Positions 19,016-29,018 of a stretch of 40,190 nt of DNA are shown piece by piece (position 1 is the first letter of the stretch; each line of letters starts with the position of its first letter). Made by a program: the position numbers and the translations under genes. Source of the stretch: Gammaproteobacteria bacterium (GTDB taxonomy: Bacteria > Pseudomonadota > Gammaproteobacteria > Steroidobacterales > XN24); assembly GCA_050116375.1 (NCBI GenBank), contig JASFOT010000001.1, forward strand, positions 1 through 40,190, read 5' to 3'. Under the pieces are notes generated by a model. That model ran no database searches and had not been told where the DNA came from. It saw nothing but the letters and a program-made list of their open reading frames with translations.

Positions 19016-20409
19016 CCGAATGCCTCGTCTCCAAAACTGTCAGGCACGTAGTTCTCGAATTTGGTGTACTCACCGAGGAAAGTCAGGGGCACCTCACCCA
19101 CCGGCCCGTTACGCTGTTTCGCTATGATGATATCGGCTATTCCCTTGCGCATCGTTTCCTTGTTGTAAACCTCATCGCGGTAAATGAACGCGATCACGTC
19201 GGCATCCTGTTCGATAGCACCGGATTCGCGGAGATCGGACATGACGGGACGCTTGTCGGTCCGTTGTTCCACGCTGCGATTGAGCTGCGAAAGCGCAATG
19301 ATCGGGACCGACAGCTCTTTTGCGAGAGCCTTGAGTGAACGGGAAATCTGCGAAATTTCCGTTGCCCGGTTTTCTGCCGTTCCCGGTACCTGCATCAACT
19401 GCAGATAGTCGAGGACTATCAAGCCCAGACCGTGCTCGCGCCGAAGTCGCCGCGATCGCGCCCTGACCTCCGTGGGGTTAAGAGCCGGGGTGTCGTCGAT
19501 AAAGATCTTCGCTTCCGACATCAGGCTGACCGCGGCATTGATCCGGTGCCAGTCCTCGTCGGAGAAATTCCCAGTCCGCAGGTGGGACTGGTTGACTCGG
19601 CCAAGGGAAGAGATCATTCGGAAGGACAACTGCTCCGATGACATCTCCATGCTGAAAATAGCGACCGGAACAGCGGAACTTATTGCCGCATGCTCCGCAA
19701 TGTTCATGGCCAGGCTCGTCTTGCCCATGGAAGGCCGACCGGCCACTACAACCAGATCGCCGCCCTGGAGGCCGGCGGTCATCTTGTCCAGGTCGTCGAA
19801 ACCCGTCGCCAGACCCGTGATGTGTCCCTCGGAGTTCTGGAGTTCGTCGAGACGATCGATGGTCTGGGGAAGAATTTTCCGTAAGGACACAAAGCCGGAT
19901 CCTCGGCGCTTCCCCTGCTCCGCGATCTCGAAAACCCGGCGTTCCGCCTCGTCCACGAGTTCCACGGGGTCGCGGCCGTCCGGATTGTAGGCGCTGGCAG
20001 CGATTTCTCCGCCCACCCGTATGAGCGAGCGGAGCATGGAGCGTTCGCGGACGATTTCCGCGTAGGCAACGATGTTGGCGGCACTTGGCGTATCTTTCGC
20101 CAGCTGCCCCAGATAACCCAGGCCACCAGCGTCATCGAGCTCCGACCGGCGTTCCAGAAATTCCGAAACCGTGACGGCGTCGGAAGGTTGACCGCGCTCT
20201 GCCAGTTCACCGATCGCGTTGAAAATCAGCTGGTGATCGCGCCGGTAGAAATCCTCCGCCACGATCATGTCCGCCAGCCTTTCCCAGGCCCGGTTGTCCA
20301 GCATCAGGCCGCCCAGGACAGACTGTTCCGCCTCTACGGAATGAGGCGGCGTACTGATGCCGCGTTCCGCATCGAGCGTGACTTTCTTTGGCTTAGCTAC
20401 TCCGGCCAC
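19012..20409 (-). CDS. dnaB: Replicative DNA helicase DnaB
   Basis: 465 aa with a GTG start: PPHSVEAEQSVLGGLMLDN, Walker A AGRPSMGKTSLA, LIVLDYLQLM and IAKQRNGP. Confidence 0.97.
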   Translation of the reverse strand: MAGVAKPKKVTLDAERGISTPPHSVEAEQSVLGGLMLDNRAWERLADMIVAEDFYRRDHQLIFNAIGELAERGQPSDAVTVSEFLERRSELDDAGGLGYLGQLAKDTPSAANIVAYAEIVRERSMLRSLIRVGGEIAASAYNPDGRDPVELVDEAERRVFEIAEQGKRRGSGFVSLRKILPQTIDRLDELQNSEGHITGLATGFDDLDKMTAGLQGGDLVVVAGRPSMGKTSLAMNIAEHAAISSAVPVAIFSMEMSSEQLSFRMISSLGRVNQSHLRTGNFSDEDWHRINAAVSLMSEAKIFIDDTPALNPTEVRARSRRLRREHGLGLIVLDYLQLMQVPGTAENRATEISQISRSLKALAKELSVPIIALSQLNRSVEQRTDKRPVMSDLRESGAIEQDADVIAFIYRDEVYNKETMRKGIADIIIAKQRNGPVGEVPLTFLGEYTKFENYVPDSFGDEAFG

Positions 20410-20466
20410 CTGCAGATGCCGCTGAGACCTGATCGAGACTCGACAATAGCATAGCCCGCACGCTGG

Positions 20467-20937
20467 TCAGACCTCGTCACCGCTCTCCTTTTCTTCCGCC
20501 TCGACGAGGACCGGCACCTCGACGTTGACGTCTGTGTGGAGATGAATCTCGATCGTGTGCTCGCCGACGACGCGGATGGGGCCTTCCGGCAAGCGGATTT
20601 CACTTCGCGCCAGCTCGATACCGGCCCGACTGGCCGCATCGGCAATGTCGATGGTGCCTATGGATCCGAAAAGCTTGCCCTCGGAACCGGCCTTGACCGG
20701 GATGACCAGCTTGAGATCTGCGATCTTCTCCGCCCGCGCCGTGGCTTCCGCCAGGTCCTCGGCAGCCTTCGCCTCCAGCTCGGCGCGCTTGGCTTCGAAA
20801 GCCGCGAGGTTTTCCCGCGTAGCCGGCGTCGCCTTGCCCTGGGGGATTAGGTAATTCCGCCCGTACCCGGGTTTCACCTTGACCTTGTCGCCGATACCGC
20901 CGAGATTCTCGACCTGTTCCAGCAGTATTACTTCCAT
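20467..20937 (-). CDS. rplI: 50S ribosomal protein L9
   Basis: 156 aa: [36 protein letters not shown]. Confidence 0.95.
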   Translation of the reverse strand: MEVILLEQVENLGGIGDKVKVKPGYGRNYLIPQGKATPATRENLAAFEAKRAELEAKAAEDLAEATARAEKIADLKLVIPVKAGSEGKLFGSIGTIDIADAASRAGIELARSEIRLPEGPIRVVGEHTIEIHLHTDVNVEVPVLVEAEEKESGDEV

Positions 20938-20989
20938 CGTTCCATCCTCTCCTTTGATGCCACGATCCGCATCGCGGCATCGATAAAAC

Positions 20990-21850
20990 CTAGGCGGACT
21001 CCAGCCGGCGCCTGAAGTCCAGCCAGTTATCCACCATCCCGAACAGCGCCAGCACCGGCGCCATGACGCTCATGCCGAAAACCAGCAGCACGTAAACGAC
21101 CGCCAGGGCGGCGCCGGGCCACTTCCGCGCGGCGGCGGCGGCGTGAATCAATGCCAGACCCTGCAGCACAAAAACCGACATCGCGACCAGCAGCAGATTT
21201 GCCAGCAGCGGGTGGTTCGTGGTCAGCCCGCCCAGCAAAATCGCGAGACCTGCAGCCGCCAGGGCCTTGCCCAGCCGAAGGTTCCGAAACGCCTTGCCCA
21301 GAGCACCCGGGCTCGACAGCGACGCGTGCCAGCCCATGCCCAGCAGGAGCCCGCCGACGGCGGCCAGCAGCAGTGTCAGCGCCATTACGCCGGGCACCAG
21401 CGTCAGCATCATGGTCACGGCTTCCTGCTGGAAACCGGCATCTTCCAGCAGCGGCACCAGCTGCTGCCCGAGAGCCTCGGGCACATCGCCCCCGGCCGTC
21501 ACGATCCACATGACGGCCAGAGCGGTACTCGCCACGGTGGCCGTCTGAATTGCCAGACTCAGGGAGCCTGACCGTTTCAACACCTCTGCCAGGCCGATGG
21601 CCGGTGCCCAGAAGACCAGTCCGGCCAGTATAGCCGCCAGCGGCTGTGCTCCGCCGGCGACCGAGGCCAGCAGCAGAATCAGCGTCGCCACCGCCGCCGC
21701 CGACCAGGCCGCACCACTGCCCCGCCTCAGATCCGTCAACACCAACAGGCCCGATCCGACGATTCCGAGCAGCGGGACAAGCGCCAGCGCCGCTGCCGCA
21801 AGACCAGCACGATAAGCCCTCTGCGTGATCCACTCGACGAATTGTTTCAC
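20990..21850 (-). CDS. Polytopic membrane protein of unknown function (DUF2232/YybS-like by position) inserted between rpsR and rplI
   Basis: 286 aa with a GTG start and about 7-8 hydrophobic helices rich in Ala/Leu/Gly. It occupies the same position as an uncharacterised membrane protein in the Pseudomonas rpsF-rpsR-X-rplI-dnaB-alr arrangement (from memory). Confidence 0.65.
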   Translation of the reverse strand: MKQFVEWITQRAYRAGLAAAALALVPLLGIVGSGLLVLTDLRRGSGAAWSAAAVATLILLLASVAGGAQPLAAILAGLVFWAPAIGLAEVLKRSGSLSLAIQTATVASTALAVMWIVTAGGDVPEALGQQLVPLLEDAGFQQEAVTMMLTLVPGVMALTLLLAAVGGLLLGMGWHASLSSPGALGKAFRNLRLGKALAAAGLAILLGGLTTNHPLLANLLLVAMSVFVLQGLALIHAAAAARKWPGAALAVVYVLLVFGMSVMAPVLALFGMVDNWLDFRRRLESA

Positions 21851-21880
21851 GGGGTGATCGGTTATCCGAACCGACCGTCC

Positions 21881-22105
21881 TCAGTGTCGATCGGTGTAGG
21901 GCAGCAGGGCCAAATACCGCGCTCGCTTGACAGCCTGAGACAGCTGCCGCTGGTACTTGGTCTTCGTTCCGGTGATCCGGCTCGGAACGATCTTCCCGGT
22001 CTCGGTGATGTAATTCTTCAGCGTGGCCAGATCCTTGTAATCGATCTCCTCCACGCCCTCTGCCGTAAAGCGGCAGAACTTACGGCGTCTGAAATACCGT
22101 GCCAT
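21881..22105 (-). CDS. rpsR: 30S ribosomal protein S18
   Basis: 74 aa: [47 protein letters not shown]. Confidence 0.97.
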   Translation of the reverse strand: MARYFRRRKFCRFTAEGVEEIDYKDLATLKNYITETGKIVPSRITGTKTKYQRQLSQAVKRARYLALLPYTDRH

Positions 22106-22133
22106 CGTTCATATCCTCTCTGTCTTGACCTTC

Positions 22134-22607
22134 TCAGGCTGAAGGTGATGCGGTGTCTTCCTCGGTGTCGGCCTTGCGCTCGCCAGACTCCTGCGCGGAA
22201 TCCTCGTCATCATCCTCAGCGAAATCGGAGTCGTCGTCCGACCCGGATTCCTCGGATTCAGCTCGTGCCGCCGGCCGCTCCTCGATCTCACCCGCCTTGG
22301 CCATGGGCGAAGGCTCTGTGACGGCCGCATCCTTGCTGATCACCAGGTGTCGCAGGATCGCGTCGTTGAACCGGAAGCCCCCCAGAAGCTCGTCGAGCGT
22401 GGCCCTGTCGCACTCGATGTTGAGAAGGATGTAGTGAGCCTTGTGGATCTTGGCTATGGGATATGCGAGCTGGCGTCGGCCCCAGTCCTCTTCGCGGTGG
22501 ATTACACCGCTATTGGCCTCGATCATGGCCCGGTAACGCTGGACCATGGCCGGAACCTGCTCGCTCTGATCCGGATGGACCAGGAAAACGATCTCGTAGT
22601 GACGCAT
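22134..22607 (-). CDS. rpsF: 30S ribosomal protein S6 with extended acidic C-terminal tail
   Basis: Track ORF 22134..22652 trimmed to the ATG giving [18 protein letters not shown], the canonical S6 N-terminus. 157 aa. Confidence 0.94.
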   Translation of the reverse strand: MRHYEIVFLVHPDQSEQVPAMVQRYRAMIEANSGVIHREEDWGRRQLAYPIAKIHKAHYILLNIECDRATLDELLGGFRFNDAILRHLVISKDAAVTEPSPMAKAGEIEERPAARAESEESGSDDDSDFAEDDDEDSAQESGERKADTEEDTASPSA

Positions 22608-22664
22608 TGTGTGTCTCCCTCTGGCTTGCAGCCACCCGTTGGCGTCAACCACGGTGTGGCAAGG

Positions 22665-22690
22665 AGAAAAGAAAAGCCCTGACGGGCCGG
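22665..22690 (-). terminator. Weak candidate intrinsic terminator after rlmB
   Basis: On the minus strand there is a short GC stem (GCCC-GTCA-GGGC, 22676-22687) followed by TTTTCTTTTCTCC. The stem is only 4-5 bp, so support is weak. Confidence 0.25.
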
Positions 22691-22700
22691 GCGCGGAATA

Positions 22701-23495
22701 TTAATCAAAGCCCGTGTCGGAGGCAAGTTTGCCGGCCGGTCGCTGACCGAGCGCCGCATACAGACAGATCCCTGTCGCCACCGAGACATTAAGGCTCTCG
22801 ACGGCGCCCAGCATGGGCAGGCTCACGAGCAGATCGCAATTCTCCCGGGTAAGGCGCCTCAGGCCCCTGCCCTCCGCCCCCATGACGATGGCGATGCTGC
22901 CGCTGAGGTCGGCCTCGAATATCGATACGGGCGCGTGCCCGTCTGCGCCGATTCTCCGGATATTCCGGTGGCCCAGTTCCCGAAGGGTTCGCGCCAGGTT
23001 TGTCACCTGCATGAAGGGCACCGTCTCGGAGGCTCCGCACGCGACCTTGCGTACGGCCGGGGTCAGACCCGCCGCCCGGTTCCGCGGCGCCACCACCGCG
23101 TGGATGCCGGCCGCGTCTGCCGTCCGGAGACAGGCACCGAGATTGTGGGGGTCCTGCACGCCGTCCAGAATCAGTAGAAACGCTTTTCCTGGAATCCCGT
23201 CGAGTAACTCGGCCAGATCATTTTCGTTGCCGGGCGGTCGAGGCCGAATCATCGCCAGAACGCCCTGGTGGGCCCCGCCTGCGGCCCGTCCGTCCAGAAT
23301 CCGCCGGTCAACCGAAACAGCTTTCAATCCGGCTTTCAAAGCAGTTTCGACGATCGAACCCAGTCGACGATCCTGCCGGTCCTCGGCCACCAGCAGTTCG
23401 ATAACCCGATCGGGAAACGACTCCAGACAATGTCCGACGGCGTGTATCCCGTAAATCACCGTCTCCGTTTCCCGGCCGGCCGACCTACGCTTCAC
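22701..23495 (-). CDS. rlmB: 23S rRNA (guanosine2251-2'-O)-methyltransferase RlmB (SpoU/TrmH family)
   Basis: 264 aa with a GTG start overlapping the rnr stop (GTGA). SpoU motifs are present: LDGVQDPHNLGACLRTADAAG, VMGAEGRGL and ESLNVSVA. It lies downstream of rnr, as in E. coli. Confidence 0.9.
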   Translation of the reverse strand: MKRRSAGRETETVIYGIHAVGHCLESFPDRVIELLVAEDRQDRRLGSIVETALKAGLKAVSVDRRILDGRAAGGAHQGVLAMIRPRPPGNENDLAELLDGIPGKAFLLILDGVQDPHNLGACLRTADAAGIHAVVAPRNRAAGLTPAVRKVACGASETVPFMQVTNLARTLRELGHRNIRRIGADGHAPVSIFEADLSGSIAIVMGAEGRGLRRLTRENCDLLVSLPMLGAVESLNVSVATGICLYAALGQRPAGKLASDTGFD

Positions 23496-25738
23496 CGCCG
23501 CGCTCTCCGTCTCCGGGGCCGGTCCCGCCTGCCGCCATCTTCGCCGCGCGGACCCGCGTCCGCGAGCTCGAAGTCGATCTTCTTCTGCTCCAGATCAGCG
23601 CGAATCACACGCACCTTCACGGTGTCAGCCAGCTGCCAGCTGCGTCCGCTGCGCTCGCCGGTGAGGCGACGGTGAACCATGTCGCGGCTGAAGTACTCGG
23701 AACCGAGGGAGCTGACGTGGACCAGCCCCTCGATCTGCAAATCCGGAATCTGCACGAACAAACCAAAATCCACGACGCCGGTCACCACCGCGTCGAATTC
23801 ATCGCCGATCTTGTCCTGCATGAATTCGCACTTAAGCCAGTCCAGCGCCTCTCGAGTTGCGTCGTCGGCCCTGCGCTCGGCGTTCGAGCAGTGAACCCCG
23901 AGCCGCTCCATGTCGCCGCGAGGGTAGCCGAAATCACCCGGTCCGCCACCCTCCAGAACGTGCCGGATAGCGCGATGGACCATGAGGTCCGGGTAGCGAC
24001 GAATGGGCGACGTGAAATGTGTGTACTCGGAAAGCGCGAGGCCGAAATGGCCCGTGGGCTCCGCCTGGTAAACGGCCCGCGGCAGGGACCGCAGCAGCAC
24101 AATTTCGATCAGGGCCTCGTCGGGCCGGCCCTTGATTCGGTCGACGATCTGGTTGTAACGGGAGGGATCAATGCGGTCTCGTCGCGGCAGTCGTATCTCG
24201 TAGGCTTCCAGGAAGGCCGCGAGATCCTCCAGCGCCTCTTCCTCGGGACCGCTGTGGGTTCGATAGAGGGCGGGCATCCTGTTCCGCTTGAGAAAACGTG
24301 CGGCTTCCACATTCGCGGCGATCATGCATTCCTCGATGATCCGGTGAGCATCATTGCGGGTCCGGGGAACGACCCGGGCGATCCGTCCGCGACGATCAAA
24401 GGCGAAGGTGACTTCCGGTATTTCGAACTCGATGGCGCCTCGCCGACGTCTTGCCAGTGCCAGCGCCCGATAGACGCCGTGCAGACACTCGAGCCTCGGC
24501 ATGAGGGCCTCCAGCCGCCTGGCTTCGGCGGAATCCGCGTTTTCCAGCGCTGCCGCCACCTCGTCATAGATCAGCCTCGCATGGGACCGGATCACCGCCG
24601 GAAAGAACCTCGAGACGGTCACCTTGCCCTGGCGGTTGACGTGCATCTCGCAGGCCATGCACAGACGATCAACCCGCGGATTTAGCGAGCACAGCCCGTT
24701 GGAGAGGGATTCCGGCAACATGGGCACAACCCGGCGGGGGAAATAGACAGATGTGCCGCGTTCCCGGGCGCTCGAGTCGAGGGCTGTTTCGACCTGGACG
24801 TAATGCGAGACGTCGGCGATTGCCACGATCAGTCGCCAGCCGGATCCCGCCCGCTCGGCATATACCGCATCGTCGAAGTCCTTGGCGTCGGCCCCGTCGA
24901 TGGTGACCAGGGGAAGCTCCCGCAGATCCTCCCGGTCCCGTTTGTCCTTCGGCCTGACCCGGCCACCCAGGCCCTCTGCTTCGGCCAACGCCTCCTCGTT
25001 CCATTCGAAGGGAATGCCGTGGGCGCGGATCGCCACTTCCGTCTCGATATTCGGAGCATCCGCGGCTCCGAGGACCTCGACAATCTCGCCCACCGGCTGA
25101 GTCTCGCTGCCGGGCTGCTCGGTGAGGTGGGCAACCACGATCTCACCAGGCTTGGCGCCACCGGACTTGCGCGGCGGAATCGCAACGCTGTGGGTGATGC
25201 GCGTATTGTCCGGAACCACGAATCCGATTCCGCTTTCGCGGACATATCGCCCCACCACCTCCGTAGTGTTGCGCTCCAGGACCTCCACGACGGACCCTTC
25301 CGGGCGACCGCGGTGATCACGCCCCTTGATTCGAACGGCCAGCCGGTCTCCGTGCATCACCTCCCGCATCTGTCTGGGCGACATGAAGATGTCCTCTGAG
25401 CCATCGTCCGGCACCAGGAATCCGTAACCGTCCCGATGCCCGATGACCCTGCCGACGACCAGCGGCATCCGCTGGACCAGGCAGTAGTCGCCGTTTCGAT
25501 TGATGAGAATCTGGCCGTCGCGAATCATGGCCTTGAGGCGGGCGTTCATGGCCTCCTGCTGTTTCCGCGACGGGAGGCCCAGCCGGGACATCAAGCGTTT
25601 CGGCGATATCGGTCTGTCACTGGATCGCAGAATGCCGATCACGTCATTTCGGCTGGGAATTTCAAATCGGTAGCGACGCGGTCGGCGCTCGGAAGAGTCT
25701 TGCGAACGGTTCCCCCGGCTCGCTGGTTTCTTTTTCAT
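23492..25738 (-). CDS. rnr: Ribonuclease R
   Basis: 748 aa with cold-shock-like N-terminal domains, an RNB domain (VTIDGADAKDFDDAV, YFPRRVVPMLPE, HFGL....YTHFTSPIRRYPDL), a C-terminal S1 domain and an Arg-rich tail. Confidence 0.96.
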   Translation of the reverse strand: MKKKPASRGNRSQDSSERRPRRYRFEIPSRNDVIGILRSSDRPISPKRLMSRLGLPSRKQQEAMNARLKAMIRDGQILINRNGDYCLVQRMPLVVGRVIGHRDGYGFLVPDDGSEDIFMSPRQMREVMHGDRLAVRIKGRDHRGRPEGSVVEVLERNTTEVVGRYVRESGIGFVVPDNTRITHSVAIPPRKSGGAKPGEIVVAHLTEQPGSETQPVGEIVEVLGAADAPNIETEVAIRAHGIPFEWNEEALAEAEGLGGRVRPKDKRDREDLRELPLVTIDGADAKDFDDAVYAERAGSGWRLIVAIADVSHYVQVETALDSSARERGTSVYFPRRVVPMLPESLSNGLCSLNPRVDRLCMACEMHVNRQGKVTVSRFFPAVIRSHARLIYDEVAAALENADSAEARRLEALMPRLECLHGVYRALALARRRRGAIEFEIPEVTFAFDRRGRIARVVPRTRNDAHRIIEECMIAANVEAARFLKRNRMPALYRTHSGPEEEALEDLAAFLEAYEIRLPRRDRIDPSRYNQIVDRIKGRPDEALIEIVLLRSLPRAVYQAEPTGHFGLALSEYTHFTSPIRRYPDLMVHRAIRHVLEGGGPGDFGYPRGDMERLGVHCSNAERRADDATREALDWLKCEFMQDKIGDEFDAVVTGVVDFGLFVQIPDLQIEGLVHVSSLGSEYFSRDMVHRRLTGERSGRSWQLADTVKVRVIRADLEQKKIDFELADAGPRGEDGGRRDRPRRRRARR

Positions 25739-26018
25739 TAATACTCTCGGGACAGGCTAGCTGTGGTGATGACTGAAAGGAACCGACAGCGGCAGCCGTT
25801 TCCCTGGTTTATCTGGCAAGGCCGGAGCCTCTCGGGGCACCCCTGGCGAGATCGCGCCCGGGGTCCGCGCGCCCCGTCCGGCGGGTACCGGAGGCGCAGA
25901 GTTTTTCATATTTTTCGGCAAAGTGTAGCAGGAGACACGGAGCCAGCCGTCTCCGGATTGAGTCGAACGGCAACAAATAGTGTAATTGTCGTAACCGATC
26001 ACCGACCGGTGGGGCACA

Positions 26019-27038
26019 ATGTCCTTGTCGTCGTCGGCCCGCGGTAAACCAGCCCGATTCCGACCCGGAATTTTCAATACCATGTACCACACCATTCTGA
26101 AAAAAGCCTCGCGCTTCCTGGTGATGAAGTCGGTCTTCTTCCTGCCGCGCGAACGACGCATCGCCATCGAGCGCCGGCATCGCGGACGGGAGCAGTACGG
26201 CAAGCTTCGACGGGCTGATTACACGGTAGTTTCGTTCGGCAAGAGCGGCCGCACCTGGCTCCGCGTCATGATTTCCCGGGTATTTCAGGTCAAACACGAT
26301 TTGTCCACCGGCGCGCTGCTTTCCTTCGACAACTTTCACCGCCGTGATTCCGCGATACCGACGGTGTTTTTCACGCATGACAACTACATCCGTGACTACA
26401 CCGGCAGCACAGATGTGCGATCCGACTATGGGGATCGCAAGGTCGTGCTCCTCGTGCGACATCCGGCCGACGTTACGGTCTCCCAGTATTTCCAGTGGAA
26501 GCACCGCATGAAGAGCCGGAAAGTGGACCTCCTGGAGTTCCCCGGCCGGGACCGGGAGATCAGCCTCTACGAGTTCCTCATGGACCCGAAATTCGGGCTG
26601 GTGCGAGCCATCGATTTCATGAATCTCTGGGCGCGGGATATTCCGAGCCTCGAACATTTCCTGATGGTCAGATACGAGGACCTGCGGGCCGATCCCGGCG
26701 CCGCTCTTGACAAGGTTCTGCAGTTCATGGGAACGACCGCCACCGAAGCCGAACTCAGGGACGCGGTGGAATTCGGTTCCGTGGAAAACATGCGAAAGAT
26801 GGAGCAGAAAGGAAGTTTCTGGCTCAGCGGCGGCCGCATGAAACCGCGTGATCGTGACAATCCGGATTCCTACAAGGTGAGGCGCGCCAAAGTCGGTGGA
26901 TACCGGGATTACTTCGACGACGAACAGGCGGCCCGTATCAGTGAGCTGCTGGAATCACGGCTTTCCCCGATCTATGGCTATACCAGACAGTCGCCCGACG
27001 CCACCACAACCCCGGAAACCCGCAAGGCCACCGCATGA
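26019..27038 (+). CDS. PAPS-dependent sulfotransferase family protein (paralog 1)
   Basis: 5'-PSB loop FGKSGRTWLRV and 3'-PB region LVRHPADVTVSQYF, plus RYEDLRADP and YKVRRAKVGGYRDYF, which are shared with the two paralogs. The alternative start ATG 26082 (MYHTILKK) matches the paralog N-terminal lengths better. Confidence 0.8.
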   Translation: MSLSSSARGKPARFRPGIFNTMYHTILKKASRFLVMKSVFFLPRERRIAIERRHRGREQYGKLRRADYTVVSFGKSGRTWLRVMISRVFQVKHDLSTGALLSFDNFHRRDSAIPTVFFTHDNYIRDYTGSTDVRSDYGDRKVVLLVRHPADVTVSQYFQWKHRMKSRKVDLLEFPGRDREISLYEFLMDPKFGLVRAIDFMNLWARDIPSLEHFLMVRYEDLRADPGAALDKVLQFMGTTATEAELRDAVEFGSVENMRKMEQKGSFWLSGGRMKPRDRDNPDSYKVRRAKVGGYRDYFDDEQAARISELLESRLSPIYGYTRQSPDATTTPETRKATA

Positions 27039-27994
27039 ATGACGCCAGACAGAAACCGCCCCCGGAATCGGAGAAGAACGGAGCCGATACCGTGAAACCC
27101 TGCGTCTTCATTCACACCAACGAAAAGCAGATGCTCGGCGCGCTGGTATCCCGTTACTCGTTACGTAGAAACAGCGCGCACGCAGATCGTTTCGACATCC
27201 GTTTCATCGAGGCGGGCGCGCAGGCATTTATGCTGGAGCGTGAAGGCCAGCTATACCTCCGTGACGGGGAAAAACGACCCTGGCTGAACGACGATCTGCA
27301 GTCATTCACGCCGCTGCGATTCATGCCGCCGGAACTCATGGGTTACCGGGGAAGGGCCCTGGTTATCGATCCGGACATTTTTGCGGTCAGGGACGTATGG
27401 GAGCTCTTGTCCCGGGATATGGACGGCAAGGCCATCATGTGCCGTCCCAAGTCAGGCTCGAAGGGCAAACGCGGTGCCCTGGCCTCCAGCGTAATGCTGC
27501 TGGATTGCGCCAGACTCACGCATTGGAAAGTGGCCGAGCAGTTCGCGGAAATGTTCGATTTCAGCCGGGATTACATGGACTGGATCTCACTGAAACTCGA
27601 GGACCGGAGCACGATCGGTCTTTTCGGCCCCGAGTGGAACGATTTCGACCATCTGGACGAGAACACCCGCCTCCTTCACAACACCAAACGCAAGACCCAG
27701 CCCTGGAAGACAGGTCTGCCGGTCGATTACCGGCCCGCCGACACTTTCCGGCTTTTTCCGCCCCGACACTGGATACGTCGGGCACGCCGTGCCCTGTTCG
27801 GCGATTACCGTTTTGCAGGGCGCTACAAGGAGCACCCGGATCCGCGGCAGGAACAGTTCTTTTTCGGCCTTCTTAGGGAATGCATGGACCAGGGAATCGT
27901 CGATGAATCGCGACTGCGGCAGGAAATGAGCAACAATCACATCCGCCACGACGCGCTGGAGATAATAGCCAGAACGCCCCCGCTGGCAGCATGA
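27035..27994 (+). CDS. GT8-like (GT-A fold, DxD) glycosyltransferase with conserved C-terminal extension (paralog a)
   Basis: By-eye alignment to the LgtC/GT8 pattern. CVFIHTNEKQ...IRFIEAG matches IVFAADDNY...IRFHVLDAG. SFTPLRFMPPEL..GRALVIDPDIFAVRDVWELL is the DxD region. SSVMLLDCARLTHW matches NAGVLLINLKKW. HNTKRKTQPW matches H..G..KPW. The ATG overlaps the stop of sulfotransferase 1 (ATGA). Confidence 0.68.
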   Translation: MNDARQKPPPESEKNGADTVKPCVFIHTNEKQMLGALVSRYSLRRNSAHADRFDIRFIEAGAQAFMLEREGQLYLRDGEKRPWLNDDLQSFTPLRFMPPELMGYRGRALVIDPDIFAVRDVWELLSRDMDGKAIMCRPKSGSKGKRGALASSVMLLDCARLTHWKVAEQFAEMFDFSRDYMDWISLKLEDRSTIGLFGPEWNDFDHLDENTRLLHNTKRKTQPWKTGLPVDYRPADTFRLFPPRHWIRRARRALFGDYRFAGRYKEHPDPRQEQFFFGLLRECMDQGIVDESRLRQEMSNNHIRHDALEIIARTPPLAA

Positions 27995-28034
27995 ATTAGC
28001 GGCTGCGGTAACACGCTCTGGGACTCGGATTCCC

Positions 28035-29018
28035 TCAGGGCGTGCCCGATTTTTCCTGCTCCGGTTGTGCCGGCAATTCCTGAGGCCGGGCCCGGTCTTC
28101 GTCGGTCGCCGGCACGCTGCTGTAGCCAAACCGCGAATCCAGATCCCGCTCCAGCATGGCATCGATCTGCTTTACCTGGTCATCGGTGAAATAATCCCGG
28201 TATCCGCCGACTTTGGCCCGGCGAACCTTGTAGGAATTCGGATTGCCCTTCTCTCCCGGCACCAGCCGCCAGCCGGTACGCCACAACGGGAAGGAGCTTT
28301 TCTCCTCCATCTTCTTGAGATTGTCGAAGGCCGCGAATTCCACTGCGTCACGAACCTGCTCTTCGCTTGCGGGGGTTCCCGTGAAAGCGAGTATCTTCGC
28401 CAGCACTGCGCCGGGGTCTGCGCGCATGTCCTCGTATCGAATCACCAGCACGTCACCCAGTCTAGGGACCCATTCCAGCCAGGCATTGAAGTAGCTGATG
28501 ATCCTGGGCAATCCCTGTTCCGGGTACATCACGAAGTCGAAAACGGACATCTCTTCGCCGTGGGCCGGGTAGTCATTCAGGCGTTTCTTGTGGGGCCGCA
28601 TCCGATACCGCCACTGGAAATACTGGGAGACCGCCACGTCCCGGGGATCCCGGACGAGAAACACGATTTTCTTACCCATGAAATCGATCTTCGTGTCATA
28701 GCCGTGACCCGTGTAGTCGCGCAGATAATTGCCGTGGGTGAAGAAGATCCTGGGAACCCGCCTGTCCATGCGATTCAGGTTATCGAAATCCAGCATGTGG
28801 TAGTCGGGGAGATCGAACATCAGCTGATAGACGCGTGACAGCATGACGCGCAGCCAGGTCCTGCCGCTCTTGCCCCATGAAACCAGCAGCCAGTCGGCCC
28901 GGTGCAGTTTCCGAAATTCTTCCCTGCCCCGAAGCCTGCGATCGATGGCCTTTCGTTGGGAATACGGCAGAAAGAAAAGCAGCGCGAGCTTCGCGTGCCT
29001 GGACAGGGCTTCCCACAC
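28035..29018 (-). CDS. PAPS-dependent sulfotransferase family protein (paralog 2)
   Basis: 327 aa with a GTG start: WGKSGRTWLRV, LVRDPRDVAVSQYF, RYEDMRADP and YKVRRAKVGGYRDYF. Confidence 0.8.
   Translation of the reverse strand: MWEALSRHAKLALLFFLPYSQRKAIDRRLRGREEFRKLHRADWLLVSWGKSGRTWLRVMLSRVYQLMFDLPDYHMLDFDNLNRMDRRVPRIFFTHGNYLRDYTGHGYDTKIDFMGKKIVFLVRDPRDVAVSQYFQWRYRMRPHKKRLNDYPAHGEEMSVFDFVMYPEQGLPRIISYFNAWLEWVPRLGDVLVIRYEDMRADPGAVLAKILAFTGTPASEEQVRDAVEFAAFDNLKKMEEKSSFPLWRTGWRLVPGEKGNPNSYKVRRAKVGGYRDYFTDDQVKQIDAMLERDLDSRFGYSSVPATDEDRARPQELPAQPEQEKSGTP

Noticed and set aside
20956-20981. Imperfect 11-bp hairpin (GATGCCACGAT-CCGC-ATCGCGGCATC) between the membrane-protein gene and rplI, considered as an attenuator.
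   Set aside because: It has one mismatch and no U-tract, and it is immediately followed by the rplI ribosome-binding site. It could be incidental, with nothing to support a regulatory call.
21027-21833. 268-aa same-strand alternative-frame ORF inside the membrane-protein gene.
   Set aside because: Its Arg/Gly-rich composition is implausible. The overlapping frame (20990..21850) gives a coherent multi-helix membrane protein that abuts rpsR and rplI properly.
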